Below, piece by piece: positions 40,888 through 49,818 of a stretch of DNA of 55,905 nucleotides. The notes beneath the pieces were generated by a model. The model saw nothing but the letters and a program-made list of their open reading frames with translations. It ran no database searches and had not been told where the DNA came from. Origin of the DNA: Candidatus Krumholzibacteriia bacterium (GTDB lineage Bacteria > Krumholzibacteriota > Krumholzibacteriia > LZORAL124-64-63); assembly GCA_046484865.1 (NCBI GenBank), contig JAWOID010000046.1:1-55905 (forward strand), read 5' to 3'. Position 1 is the stretch's first letter. Every line of letters begins with the position of its first letter. Made by a program: the position numbers and the translations under genes.

Positions 40888-41490
40888 TCACCGGTGCGAC
40901 GTCCGGCGGCGTGCCCGGACCAGCAGGAGGAAGGTCACCAGGATGAGGGCGGCCAGGAAGAGCAGGTCCGAGGACCGCCCTGCCTTGCGAGCCGGCCGCA
41001 TGTAGGTCACGCGACCGTGCTCGACGACCAGCTCGCCTGCAGCGGCGAAGAGCTGGACGCGACTGTCGTCGAGCAGCAGCGGCGCCTCGATCTGGTACCG
41101 GCCGGGACGGAAGGCCAGGCCGCGGCTGCCGCTGAATCCCCTCAGTGCCGAACCGTACGGCACCGCGAGGTGTCCATCGGTCCCCACCGTCGGATCCATG
41201 TCCGCCGGCAGCAGCAGCGATCCCTCCGGCCAGCCGAGCAGGCGGCGGCCGCCCCCCGCTCCGGTCACCCAGCGGAAACCGGCGGCACTGTCCGCCCCCG
41301 CCGCGACGATCAGGGTGCCGGGGACGGCAGCCTGAAGGCCACTCGCATCGCCGGCATCGACCGGGGCGCCGGAGGCTCCGGCAGCCAGCGCCAGCAGCAG
41401 GAGCGCCAGAGCGGCGCCCGCGATCCGGGCGGCGGATCCCGGCGAGCGGCGGCGAGAGTACCGGAAGGAGGCAAGACGACGCCGGATCAT
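40888..41490 (-). CDS. Hypothetical exported protein with a C-terminal TM anchor and basic tail
   Basis: Signal-like AALALLLLALAAGASG; C-terminal SDLLFLAALILVTFLLLVRARRR; ATGA overlap. Confidence 0.65.
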   Translation of the reverse strand: MIRRRLASFRYSRRRSPGSAARIAGAALALLLLALAAGASGAPVDAGDASGLQAAVPGTLIVAAGADSAAGFRWVTGAGGGRRLLGWPEGSLLLPADMDPTVGTDGHLAVPYGSALRGFSGSRGLAFRPGRYQIEAPLLLDDSRVQLFAAAGELVVEHGRVTYMRPARKAGRSSDLLFLAALILVTFLLLVRARRRTSHR

Positions 41491-42119
41491 GACCGTGCAG
41501 CCAGCCGCGCCGGAGACCCGTCGTGCGTCACACCAAGGCCGGACTCCCGGACTGTCTCCGCCGCCAGGACCGGGCGCAGGTGATGCAGCAGCAACGCACG
41601 GGCACCTGGCCGGCGGACGCCCGGCGCGTAATCCGGCAACGCAATGACGGTCACGGGGCGGCCGCACACGGCCGTGCCGATCCGTTCCCACGCGGCCGCT
41701 GCCAGCGGTGCCGCGCCCTGCACTCGCCCGGCCGACGATCCGGCCAGCACGACCACCAGGCGCTGCGGCCGGCAGATGCGCGCGAGCCGGGCCAGCCGGT
41801 AGATGCCGCGGCGCGGCGCGGGGCCCGTCGCCGCGGCGACCACGAGGAGCGTCTCCGATCCCGGCCGCGGCAGCTCTCGCCGCGATCGGGCGCCGAGCCA
41901 GCGCAGGGCCGCCAGCAGTCCGGGCCCATACGGCCCGGCGTCCAGCCAGCTCGGTCCCTGATATCCGAGGGCCTCGCAGAGGCCAGGATCCTGTTCACCC
42001 CCGGTCCAGACGACCAGCCGCACGCCTCCAGCGGAGCCATGCTCACCGGACGCGGCACGGGCCGGCACCCGCCCCCGAGCGGCGCTCCGCTCGGCCGCGG
42101 CCGTCGCCGGCCCGGTCAC
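41487..42119 (-). CDS. Hypothetical protein
   Basis: Fills the gap in the operon orientation and its stop overlaps the next ATG; start uncertain. Confidence 0.45.
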   Translation of the reverse strand: MTGPATAAAERSAARGRVPARAASGEHGSAGGVRLVVWTGGEQDPGLCEALGYQGPSWLDAGPYGPGLLAALRWLGARSRRELPRPGSETLLVVAAATGPAPRRGIYRLARLARICRPQRLVVVLAGSSAGRVQGAAPLAAAAWERIGTAVCGRPVTVIALPDYAPGVRRPGARALLLHHLRPVLAAETVRESGLGVTHDGSPARLAARS

Positions 42120-42247
42120 GTCCGCTTCCGCCGGTCCGCTCAGGAAATGGTGAGCCACCGCCGCCAGTCCGCGCGGCGATGCCGCGACCGTCCCTGCGCC
42201 GCCTCGTACCATCCGTCGGCTCCTTCCGTCGCGTCGTCGGCCCGCGT

Positions 42248-43351
42248 TCAGACCGGCACGTTTCCGCAGATCGAGGCTCCGAGCACCGTGAGCACGCTGT
42301 TCTCGCCACCGAACTCGTTGGCGACCACTGCTGCGTTGTGCGGATCCGCCAGCCAGACGCCGTCCACCATGTAGAGGTACTCGTGCGCTCCCGGCGGCAC
42401 CGGAACGCGTCGCTCCCACAGGCCGTCGGGGCGGCGGGCCAGTTCGAGCCCGGCCGGCGACCAGCCGCAGAAGGTCCCGGTGATGCTCACGCTGCGCGCG
42501 GCTGGAAAGTCGGCCACGAAGAGCACCTCGTCGCCGGTGACCGCCGGTCCGGGCGGCAGAGCGGCCCAGCGCTCGCTCTCGTGCGCGCGCACCTCGGCGT
42601 CGCCCGCGCAAATCTCGTCGGCCAGCCGGCGGAAATCGAGAGCGGCACGGGAGGCGGGATCGTGATCGAAGATGCTGCGCCCGGCGCGGAAGGCCTCCTT
42701 CAACCGCACGGTCGGGTGGATGATGGTCTCGAGCAGAGCATCGCCGTGATGAGCCTCGAGCTCCTGCACCAGGTCATGGACGTAGCGAAGCCTCATGTCC
42801 ACGTTCGAGAGCAGCAGTCGCGGCGTCACCTCGTGACGCTTCTGGTCGTGCAGCACCGTCAGCGTGTCTCGCAGGCGAGCGACCGCCTGCAGGCTCTGGT
42901 GGCTGGCGTCCACCGGCACGAGCGCCTCGTCGCAGCAGAGCAGCGCGTTGAACGTGAGCATGCCCACGCCGGGCGGACAATCCAGCAGTACCCAGTCGTA
43001 GCACCGCTTCGACCGGCGCAGGCAGCGGAGCAGCCGCTCCTCCCGGCCGGGCACTCCCGCCAGCGCCGCTTCCACGGCGCTCAGTTCCACCCCGGCGGGC
43101 ACCAGGTGCAGGCGTGGAGCCACCTCCAGCGCCGCGTCCTCGACCCGGATGTCGCCGGTGAGGTAGAGGTCGTAGGTACTGAGCGCGAAGTCGCTTTCCC
43201 GGAAGCCGAAGGCGAGGCCGGCGTGGCCCTGGGGATCATTGTCGATGAGGAGGACGCGCAGATCGAGCCGGGAGAGGGCGGCGGCGAGGTTCGCGGCGAC
43301 GGTGGTCTTGCCGCACCCCCCTTTCTGGTTGACGAGGGCCATGACTCTCAT
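42248..43351 (-). CDS. ParA/Soj-family ATPase fused to a C-terminal CBM48/AMPK-beta glycogen-binding domain
   Basis: NQKGGCGKTT deviant Walker A, IDNDPQG, LDCPP; C-terminal SVSITGTFCGW...GLW...PPGAHEYLYMVDGVWLADPHN...FGGENSVL. Confidence 0.88.
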   Translation of the reverse strand: MRVMALVNQKGGCGKTTVAANLAAALSRLDLRVLLIDNDPQGHAGLAFGFRESDFALSTYDLYLTGDIRVEDAALEVAPRLHLVPAGVELSAVEAALAGVPGREERLLRCLRRSKRCYDWVLLDCPPGVGMLTFNALLCCDEALVPVDASHQSLQAVARLRDTLTVLHDQKRHEVTPRLLLSNVDMRLRYVHDLVQELEAHHGDALLETIIHPTVRLKEAFRAGRSIFDHDPASRAALDFRRLADEICAGDAEVRAHESERWAALPPGPAVTGDEVLFVADFPAARSVSITGTFCGWSPAGLELARRPDGLWERRVPVPPGAHEYLYMVDGVWLADPHNAAVVANEFGGENSVLTVLGASICGNVPV

Positions 43352-43412
43352 GCCGAATCCTTTCGTCAAGAGCCAGATCGAATTCCCTCGGTGCGGTCCC
43401 GGACACTCCTTT

Positions 43413-43476
43413 CTGCTCACGACTGCTCACGACTGCTCGTGACTCGATCCGGGTGAATGCTCGCGACCGCTCGCGA
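43413..43476. repeat. Five 10-bp direct repeats in two blocks, in the ParA-CBM48 leader
   Basis: CTGCTCACGA, CTGCTCACGA, CTGCTCGTGA (43413-43442); ATGCTCGCGA, CCGCTCGCGA (43457-43476). Confidence 0.8.
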
Positions 43477-43542
43477 CCGGTGCCGGAGGCGGCGGTGCGC
43501 CCGGAGACGTCCGGCCGGATCCTGGTCCGGTCGACCGGCGCG

Positions 43543-43570
43543 ATCGTACCGGATGCCCTCCGTGTGTCAA
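43543..43570 (-). promoter_or_regulatory. Sigma70 promoter of the ParA-CBM48 gene
   Basis: TTGACA-N16-TACGAT. Confidence 0.65.
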
Positions 43571-43599
43571 GCGGCCGTCGGCGATCCGCGACGCCGGAA

Positions 43600-44034
43600 T
43601 CAACCCCCGGTCGTGCGGATGACGACCTGTGCCATCAACGCTCCGAACGCGAACCCGGCCAGGACCTCCTGCCACGTGTGGCCCACCAGTTCCTTCAGGC
43701 GACGCTGGTCGGGCGAACGTCCCGCCAGGATCTCGTCCACCAGATCGTTGATCAGCTCGGCCTGCTTGCCGACCTCCTGGCGCAGCCCGGTGGCCTCGAA
43801 CACCACGTAGAGGCTGAAGACGAGCACCAGGCTGAAGACCGAGGAGGCCGGCCCCTCCTGGTGGCCGACCAGGAAGCTGAGCGTGGTCACGGTGGCGGTG
43901 TGCGAACTGGGCATGCCGCCCGATGCGACGATCAGCGACGGGCGCCACTGCCGCCGCCGCACCACCTCCACCACCACCTTCGTCGCCTGGGCGGCGAGGC
44001 CGCTGGCCACCGCGATGAACCCCGCGTATTCCAA
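43600..44034 (-). CDS. Divergent PAP2 family protein (DUF212)
   Basis: AQATK, SGGMPSSH, ATGLRQEVGKQA, LKELVGHT; TTG start with GGGAG RBS. Confidence 0.88.
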   Translation of the reverse strand: MEYAGFIAVASGLAAQATKVVVEVVRRRQWRPSLIVASGGMPSSHTATVTTLSFLVGHQEGPASSVFSLVLVFSLYVVFEATGLRQEVGKQAELINDLVDEILAGRSPDQRRLKELVGHTWQEVLAGFAFGALMAQVVIRTTGG

Positions 44035-44113
44035 TCCGGCGCTCCCGGGTCGGCGTCGCCGTGGCTCGGGCGCGGGGCCCGGCCGCCGCGGCGGCGGTCT
44101 CAAGAGGACGGCG

Positions 44114-45511
44114 TCAGTACGACCCCAGGTACCGGTCCAGTTCCCACTGGTGCACCTGGGCGCTGTACACTCGCCACACCTCCTCCTTGGCGTGGATGTA
44201 GTTCTCGGCGACATGGGGCCCGAGCGCCTCCAGGATCACCGGATCGCCCTTGAGCGCCTGGACGGCTTCCATGAGGCTGGCGGGGAGCTGGCGGATGTTC
44301 ATCTCCAGCTTCTCGGCGTCGCTCATGTGGAAGATGTTCCGGTTCAGAGGCGGTCCCGGATCGAGCTTCCGGTCGATCCCGTCGAGCCCCGCGCGCAGCA
44401 TCACCGCGAACGCCAGGTAGGGGTTGCAACTCGGGTCCGGCACACGCAACTCCACGCGAGTGCCGGTCTGCCGGCGCGCCGGCACCCGGATCAGGGGCGA
44501 TCGGTTGTGATCCGACCAGGCGATGTTCACGGGCGCCTCGTAGCCGGGCACGAGCCGCTTGTAGGAGTTCACCAGCGGGTTCGTGATGGAGACCAGCGCC
44601 CGCGCGTGTTCCAGCAGACCGCCGATGTACCAGCGCGCGAGATCGCTGAGCTGCCCGTTGCCCTGCGGGTCGTGGAAGGCGTTGGTCATCTCGTCGCCCT
44701 CGCCGGTGAAGAGCGACTGATGCGTGTGCATGCCTGAGCCGTTGACCCCCGCCAGCGGCTTCGGCATGAAGGTGGCGTGCAGACCGAAGTCCAGCGCGAT
44801 CTTCTTGACCACCAAGCGGAACGTCGTGACCCGGTCGGCGGTCTCCAGCGCCTCCGCGTACTTGAAGTCGATCTCGTGCTGGCCGGGCGCCACCTCGTGA
44901 TGGGCGGCCTCGATCTCGAACCCCATGGCCTCCAGTGCGTTCACGATGGCGCGGCGCGCATCCTCGCCCCGGTCCACCGGTGCCAGGTCGAAGTAGCCGC
45001 CGGTGTCGTGGGTGCGGGTGGTCGGCTTCTCGTGGTCGTCGCGCAGGAAGAGGAAGAACTCCAGCTCAGGTCCGCAGACCGGCGTGAGCCCCCGTTCCCG
45101 GAAGAGCGCCAGGGTGCGCTTGAGAGTGAGCCGCGGACAGCCCTCGAAGGGCGTGCGATCCGCATTGAAGACGTCGCAGATCAGACGTGCCACCCGTCCC
45201 TTGCCCTCCCGGAAGGGGAACACGGCGTACGTGCGCAGATCGGGCACGAGGAGCATGTCCGACTCCTCGATGCGCGTGAACCCCTCGATGGACGAACCGT
45301 CGAACATGATCTCCCCGCGCAGCGCCTTGCCATACTGGCTGGCGGGAACCTCCACGTTCTTGTTCTGCCCCATGACGTCCGTGAAGATCAGGCGGAGGAA
45401 ACGGACCTTGTCGTCCTCCATCCTCGCCAGCAGCGCGCGACGATCTTCCTCCGCAGCGATCACGCCCTCGGGAAAAGGCCGGTCGAAGTCGAATCCCCTG
45501 CCGTCGGTCAT
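44114..45511 (-). CDS. glnA: Glutamine synthetase type I
   Basis: FDGSSIEGF, HHEVAPGQHEI, ATFMPKP, NGSGMH, SYKRLVPGYEAP, ELRVPDP. Confidence 0.96.
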   Translation of the reverse strand: MTDGRGFDFDRPFPEGVIAAEEDRRALLARMEDDKVRFLRLIFTDVMGQNKNVEVPASQYGKALRGEIMFDGSSIEGFTRIEESDMLLVPDLRTYAVFPFREGKGRVARLICDVFNADRTPFEGCPRLTLKRTLALFRERGLTPVCGPELEFFLFLRDDHEKPTTRTHDTGGYFDLAPVDRGEDARRAIVNALEAMGFEIEAAHHEVAPGQHEIDFKYAEALETADRVTTFRLVVKKIALDFGLHATFMPKPLAGVNGSGMHTHQSLFTGEGDEMTNAFHDPQGNGQLSDLARWYIGGLLEHARALVSITNPLVNSYKRLVPGYEAPVNIAWSDHNRSPLIRVPARRQTGTRVELRVPDPSCNPYLAFAVMLRAGLDGIDRKLDPGPPLNRNIFHMSDAEKLEMNIRQLPASLMEAVQALKGDPVILEALGPHVAENYIHAKEEVWRVYSAQVHQWELDRYLGSY

Positions 45512-45593
45512 TCCTGGTTTCCTCCTGTGCTGCGGCTCGACGGAAGCGGCCAAGATAGGCCGGATGGAACCTCGCCGCATTCCGCGGCACCCT

Positions 45594-45609
45594 AGCAAAA
45601 GACCGGCCG
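45594..45609 (-). promoter_or_regulatory. Sigma54-like promoter of glnA
   Basis: CGGCCGGTCTTTTGCT: GG-N10-GC with TTGCT, about 85 nt before the start. Confidence 0.5.
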
Positions 45610-45618
45610 CCCTCCCAC

Positions 45619-45770
45619 CCCCATGGTTGTGCCAGGGATAATGTGTCCGGCTGCGGCAGAGCCTCTGACCGTGGCGTGAATTTGTGTTTATGTCACACCC
45701 GGTGCACCTGTGGTGCTCCCGACAGGCGCCGGAGGAAGGTGGACACAATTTCGCTGGCACAACCCAGGGG
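45619..45770. repeat. 30-bp imperfect inverted repeat enclosing 92 bp
   Basis: 45619-45648 matches the reverse complement of 45741-45770 at 25/30 positions, with an 11-bp exact core GGTTGTGCCAG. Confidence 0.85.
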
Positions 45771-45993
45771 TCCAGGAACTCCCTTTCCCCCCGAATGTTA
45801 CAGCACGACTTGAGCCGCGACGGGTTCGTGTGTTACCTTCGTCCCTCGTTCGCGGTGAAAGAATCCGTTCCCGGCGTCCGGAGCCTCCGGTGCCGGGATC
45901 CTTGTTGGGTGTTCCCGCAGGTGCTGCCGACCGGCGAGTCTCGCCGGCGGTCGCCTCGCGGGACGCCGTGCGCCCAGACCGGAGTCGAGATCG

Positions 45994-47817
45994 ATGTTCA
46001 AGTTCCTGCGTTCGAAGGCCAAGGTCTTCTACTGGGTGATCGCGGCCAGCTTCATCCTCTTCATCTTCCTCGCCTGGGGCATGGACGTGGCGGGCAGCCG
46101 CGGCGGCAGCGGCCAGATGAGTGGTGGTACGGCCGGCACCGTCAACGGCGAGACGATCACCGTGGAGCAGTGGCAACAGATGGTGCGCCGCATGCAGGCG
46201 AACCTGCGCCGCCAGGCCAGTGACCGCGAGGTGACCTCCAACCAGCTGGAAGCCGCCGCCGAGCAGGCATGGGAACAGCTGGTCCGCGGCACGATCTTCG
46301 GACAGGAGATCGAACGGCGCGGGATCACCGTCACCGACGACGAGGTGCTGGAGGTGTTCCGCTCCAGCCCGCCCCCGGAACTGCTGATGGCATACGCCGA
46401 CGAGAGCGGCGTGCCCGACCTGGACCGCTACTATGCGGATCTCGCCAATCCGGCCCGCGACTGGAGCCAGGAGGAGGCCTACATCCGGGCCATGCTCCCG
46501 TCGCTCAAGCTGCAGGAGATGCTCACCGCCGGCGTCACCGTGAGCGAGGCGGAGGTGGAACAGGCGTTCCACCGCCAGAATAGCCGCGCCGTGGCGGAGA
46601 TCATGGGCGTGATCTATGCCGATCTGGAGAGCGACTGGGAGCCGAGCGACGAGCAGGTCCAGGCTCACTACGAGAGCCGCCCCGCCCTGTTCGAGCAGCC
46701 AGAGCAGATCCAGGTCGAGGTGGCCGTCTGGCCGAAGGAGGCCAGTCACCTCGATCGCACCGCCGTGGAGCAGGACGCTCGCGAACTGCGCCAGGAGATC
46801 CTGAGAGGCGAAATCGACTTCGCGGAAGCCGCCCGTCTCTACAGCCAGGATTCCGGCAGCGCCGAACGAGGCGGTGATCTGGGCACCTTCGACCGGAACC
46901 GCATGGTCCAGCCGTTCACCGAGGCGGCCTTCGACCTGGAGATCGGCGAGATCAGCGAGCCCGTCGCCACGCAGTACGGCTTCCATCTGATCGAGGTCCT
47001 CGAGCGGATCCCCGGCGAAGATGGCGAGGACGGCGAGGTCGAGCAGGTCCACGCGCGGCACATCCTCTTCAACGTGGATCCCGGCGAGGAGACCGTGACC
47101 GACCTCTATGGCGCCGCCGACAGCTTCCGGAAGAGCGGCGGGCAGGACTTCGCGGCGCGGGCCGAGGCCGACTCGATCCAGCTGCACGCGCCTCAGCCGT
47201 TCGCCCGCGGGCGCGACATCCCGGGTCTGTTCCAGAGCGCTGCCGGCGCGAGCTGGGCGTTCCGCGCCAAGCCGGGCACCGTCAGTCCGGTGTTCGAGAA
47301 TGACCAGAACTTCTACGTGGTGCTGCTCCGCAACCGGCACCCCGCCGGCCCGGCTCCTCTCGACCAGGTACGCAGTCAGATCGTGGTGGAGCTGAAGCGC
47401 GATCACAAGCGCGAACTGGCCCGCGAACTGCTCTCCCCCGCCGTCGGCGAGGTGCAGATGGGCGGAGAGATGGCGCGAGTGGCGGAACAGCACGATCTCG
47501 TGCACGCCGTCACCGATACCATCACCGCGACCAGCAACATCCCGGAGACCGGTTACGCCACCGCGTTGAACGAGGTGGCGCTGGCCGTGGAACCCGGAAC
47601 CCTGGTGCCGGAGGTGGAGACCCCGCGCGGACTGTTCGCCGTCAAGACGCTCTGGCGCTCCGAGCCGGACCGGGAGACGTTCGCCCAGCGCCGCGAGCAG
47701 ATCCGGCAGAACCTCCTGGTGCGCAAGCAGCAGGAGGCGCTGGAGGCCTGGTTCGAGGTCCAGTTGAGCGAGGCCGACCTCGTCGACCGGCGGGCCGAAT
47801 TGCAGAGCGGCGCCTGA
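45994..47817 (+). CDS. SurA-N/PpiD-like membrane-anchored parvulin PPIase
   Basis: N-terminal [22 protein letters not shown]...GGDLG...[14 protein letters not shown]. Confidence 0.9.
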   Translation: MFKFLRSKAKVFYWVIAASFILFIFLAWGMDVAGSRGGSGQMSGGTAGTVNGETITVEQWQQMVRRMQANLRRQASDREVTSNQLEAAAEQAWEQLVRGTIFGQEIERRGITVTDDEVLEVFRSSPPPELLMAYADESGVPDLDRYYADLANPARDWSQEEAYIRAMLPSLKLQEMLTAGVTVSEAEVEQAFHRQNSRAVAEIMGVIYADLESDWEPSDEQVQAHYESRPALFEQPEQIQVEVAVWPKEASHLDRTAVEQDARELRQEILRGEIDFAEAARLYSQDSGSAERGGDLGTFDRNRMVQPFTEAAFDLEIGEISEPVATQYGFHLIEVLERIPGEDGEDGEVEQVHARHILFNVDPGEETVTDLYGAADSFRKSGGQDFAARAEADSIQLHAPQPFARGRDIPGLFQSAAGASWAFRAKPGTVSPVFENDQNFYVVLLRNRHPAGPAPLDQVRSQIVVELKRDHKRELARELLSPAVGEVQMGGEMARVAEQHDLVHAVTDTITATSNIPETGYATALNEVALAVEPGTLVPEVETPRGLFAVKTLWRSEPDRETFAQRREQIRQNLLVRKQQEALEAWFEVQLSEADLVDRRAELQSGA

Positions 47818-47860
47818 CCGCAGCCCGGTCGCCTCGTCTTCCTTCTCGGTGTCGATGTCC

Positions 47861-47880
47861 GCGGCCGGCGCGCCGGCCGC
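47861..47880. terminator. Perfect 20-bp palindrome between convergent genes
   Basis: GCGGCCGGCG-CGCCGGCCGC, flanked by tcgat/atcga. Confidence 0.45.
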
Positions 47881-47934
47881 ATCGAGCGGCCTCGACCTGC
47901 GGCTCACGACACCGAGGAGGCCGGTCGCACTCCG

Positions 47935-48363
47935 TCATTCGCCGAAGGGATTCCGGGGCTTCTTGCGCCGGAAGTCGTCCAGTTCCTTGCCCATCCTGTC
48001 CACCCGCTCGCCGCGACGCCGCTCGTGATCGCCGTCGGCGAAGAGCTGGGCCATACGCTCGGCTTCCTCCTGCTTGCGGCGATCGAAGTCCGCGAGATCG
48101 CTGGAGAGCTGACCCTCCGCGGCAGCCGGCAACTCGTCCACCAGCCGGTGATCCCTGACCTCCGCATGCGTGGCGAAGGCGCTCTCCACGAGGGTCACCG
48201 CGCCCAGATCCTGCAGGGAGGCGAGCTGGAGCCGGATCATGGCGTCGGGCAGTTGTAGCAGCTCGGCGATCTGTTCCGGCGCGGGCGGACGGCCCTCGCG
48301 ATGCGCGAGCACCCGGATGGCGGCGAGGACGAGGTGGGCTGCGGTGCGGTCGACGGCGGACAC
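47935..48363 (-). CDS. Small hypothetical protein with a winged-HTH-like N-terminus
   Basis: GGAGG RBS and GTG 48363; IRVLAHREGRPPAPEQIAELL...LASLQDLGAV; charged C-terminal helix. Confidence 0.7.
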   Translation of the reverse strand: MSAVDRTAAHLVLAAIRVLAHREGRPPAPEQIAELLQLPDAMIRLQLASLQDLGAVTLVESAFATHAEVRDHRLVDELPAAAEGQLSSDLADFDRRKQEEAERMAQLFADGDHERRRGERVDRMGKELDDFRRKKPRNPFGE

Positions 48364-48450
48364 GGTGGACCTCCCCGGCTGCGAGACGACGGCGCTCCGG
48401 TCCGAAAGCCGGGCGGCGGTCCTCCGGCGCGAGCGGCGGCGGTTGCTTCG

Positions 48451-48479
48451 ACTATAGGGCCCGGCTCGGGCCGGGGCAA
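48451..48479 (-). promoter_or_regulatory. Sigma70 promoter inside the 3' end of the exonuclease gene
   Basis: TTGCCC-N17-TATAGT. Confidence 0.55.
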
Positions 48480-49801
48480 CCGGGCGGCGGACCGGGCGGC
48501 GGACCGGGCGGCGGACCGGCGGCGAGCTTCGAGCGCAGCCGGTGCAGGCGCGCGGGGTCGCCCAGGGTCTCGGCCGGACCGAGGGCGAGGTCCGGGCGGC
48601 GCAAGCGGTGCTCGTAGAGGATCGCGATCTCCCGCAGCAGCCAGGGGCGCGGACCGTGGCAGGCGATTCCTCGCTCGAGGAGATCGCGCACCAGCGTCCA
48701 GCGGCGGGTGCGCTTGAGCAGCCGCACGGCGTCGGCGAAGAAGCGCTCGGCGGGCGCCACGTCCCCCTGCCGGGCGACCGGCCGCAGCACCCCGCTGCCG
48801 GCCGCGGCGCGCTCCATCCAGACGGCGGCGGCGTGATGGTGGCGGCGAGCCTCGCACACCCGCGCGCGGCACCAGGCATCCTGCCAGGGTGGCGGGTCGA
48901 CGGCCGCTCCGGGCGAGGCGGGATCGAGGTGCGCGGCGGCCGCGAGCACCGCGGCCAGGATGCGGGCCATCCCCGCCAGGTCCCAGACGTTGTGCTGCAG
49001 CACGGCTGCCAGTTCGCCGCAGTGGCCGCCCTGCAGGAACCGGAAGTAGGCTTGCGGGATGAGGGCGCCGGGAATGTCGTCGCCGCGGCGATCGGACGAG
49101 CCCAGGGCCGCTTCCACCGTCGGCTGGCGCAGGTTCGGCAGCCGCCGCCCCCAGAGCCGGCGGGATGCGGTCAGCAGGTCCCAGCCGGCCAGGCGCGCCA
49201 GCGGGTCCGGGCGTCGGGCCAGCAAAGCCCGCGTGCGTAGCAGCGGCAGGTCGAAGCTGCTGCCGTTGTAGGTGACCACGGCCTGGAAGCGAGACGCGAG
49301 CCGCGCCAGCTCGCAGAGGATCGGATCCTCCTGACCCGGGGCCGGCAGGAAATACTGCCGCACCCGCAGTTCGCCGTCCGTCCACCAGGCGAGCCCCACC
49401 AGGAAGGGCAGCGATCCCGTGCCGCCGGCGAGCCCGGTGGTCTCGGTGTCCAGCAGCAGCAGGTCGCCCGGCAGACGCGCGGCCTCGGGCCGGGACAAAA
49501 GAGCCGCGAGATCCGGTGTCAGGTCGGGGGGCGGGCAGAACACGCCCGGCGTGTTGTCCCGGACCCAGGCCACGCCGGCCGGCGTGGCGCGAGGCATCAG
49601 TTCCAGCGCATCGCTCCATGACCGCGGGGCGCCAGGCGAACCCCCGTCGGCGGCACCGGCGCACGGCCCCGGCGGCAAGGTCGCCCGGTCCGGACCCGCC
49701 GCCGCGCTCCCGGACGGCGACCGCTCGTCCGCGGCGGGAGCCGTCGCGTCCGGCCGCCGCGTGAGCCGGTCGAGCTGTGCGAGGCGCTCCTTCAGATCCA
49801 T
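48452..49801 (-). CDS. YprB/MrfB-like RNase H-fold exonuclease with a TPR-like C-terminus
   Basis: LDTETTGL, TYNGSSFDLPLL, DIPGALIP, HNVWDL (DEDD-type); LYEHR. Confidence 0.88.
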   Translation of the reverse strand: MDLKERLAQLDRLTRRPDATAPAADERSPSGSAAAGPDRATLPPGPCAGAADGGSPGAPRSWSDALELMPRATPAGVAWVRDNTPGVFCPPPDLTPDLAALLSRPEAARLPGDLLLLDTETTGLAGGTGSLPFLVGLAWWTDGELRVRQYFLPAPGQEDPILCELARLASRFQAVVTYNGSSFDLPLLRTRALLARRPDPLARLAGWDLLTASRRLWGRRLPNLRQPTVEAALGSSDRRGDDIPGALIPQAYFRFLQGGHCGELAAVLQHNVWDLAGMARILAAVLAAAAHLDPASPGAAVDPPPWQDAWCRARVCEARRHHHAAAVWMERAAAGSGVLRPVARQGDVAPAERFFADAVRLLKRTRRWTLVRDLLERGIACHGPRPWLLREIAILYEHRLRRPDLALGPAETLGDPARLHRLRSKLAAGPPPGPPPGPPPGCPGPSRAL

Positions 49802-49818
49802 GACGTCGCGCCCATGGC

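Noticed and set aside
43413..43476. Repeats considered as a CRISPR array
   Set aside because: Units are 10 bp with no spacers, and there are no cas genes in the window
45682..45718. CRP-, GlnR/TnrA- or NtrC-like boxes (TGTGT-N5-TCACA; TGCACC-N3-GGTGCT)
   Set aside because: Half-site spacing does not fit any of these consensus sites
48480..48515. 12-bp tandem repeat x3 encoding Pro-Pro-Pro-Gly
   Set aside because: In-frame disordered tail of the exonuclease; ordinary minisatellite
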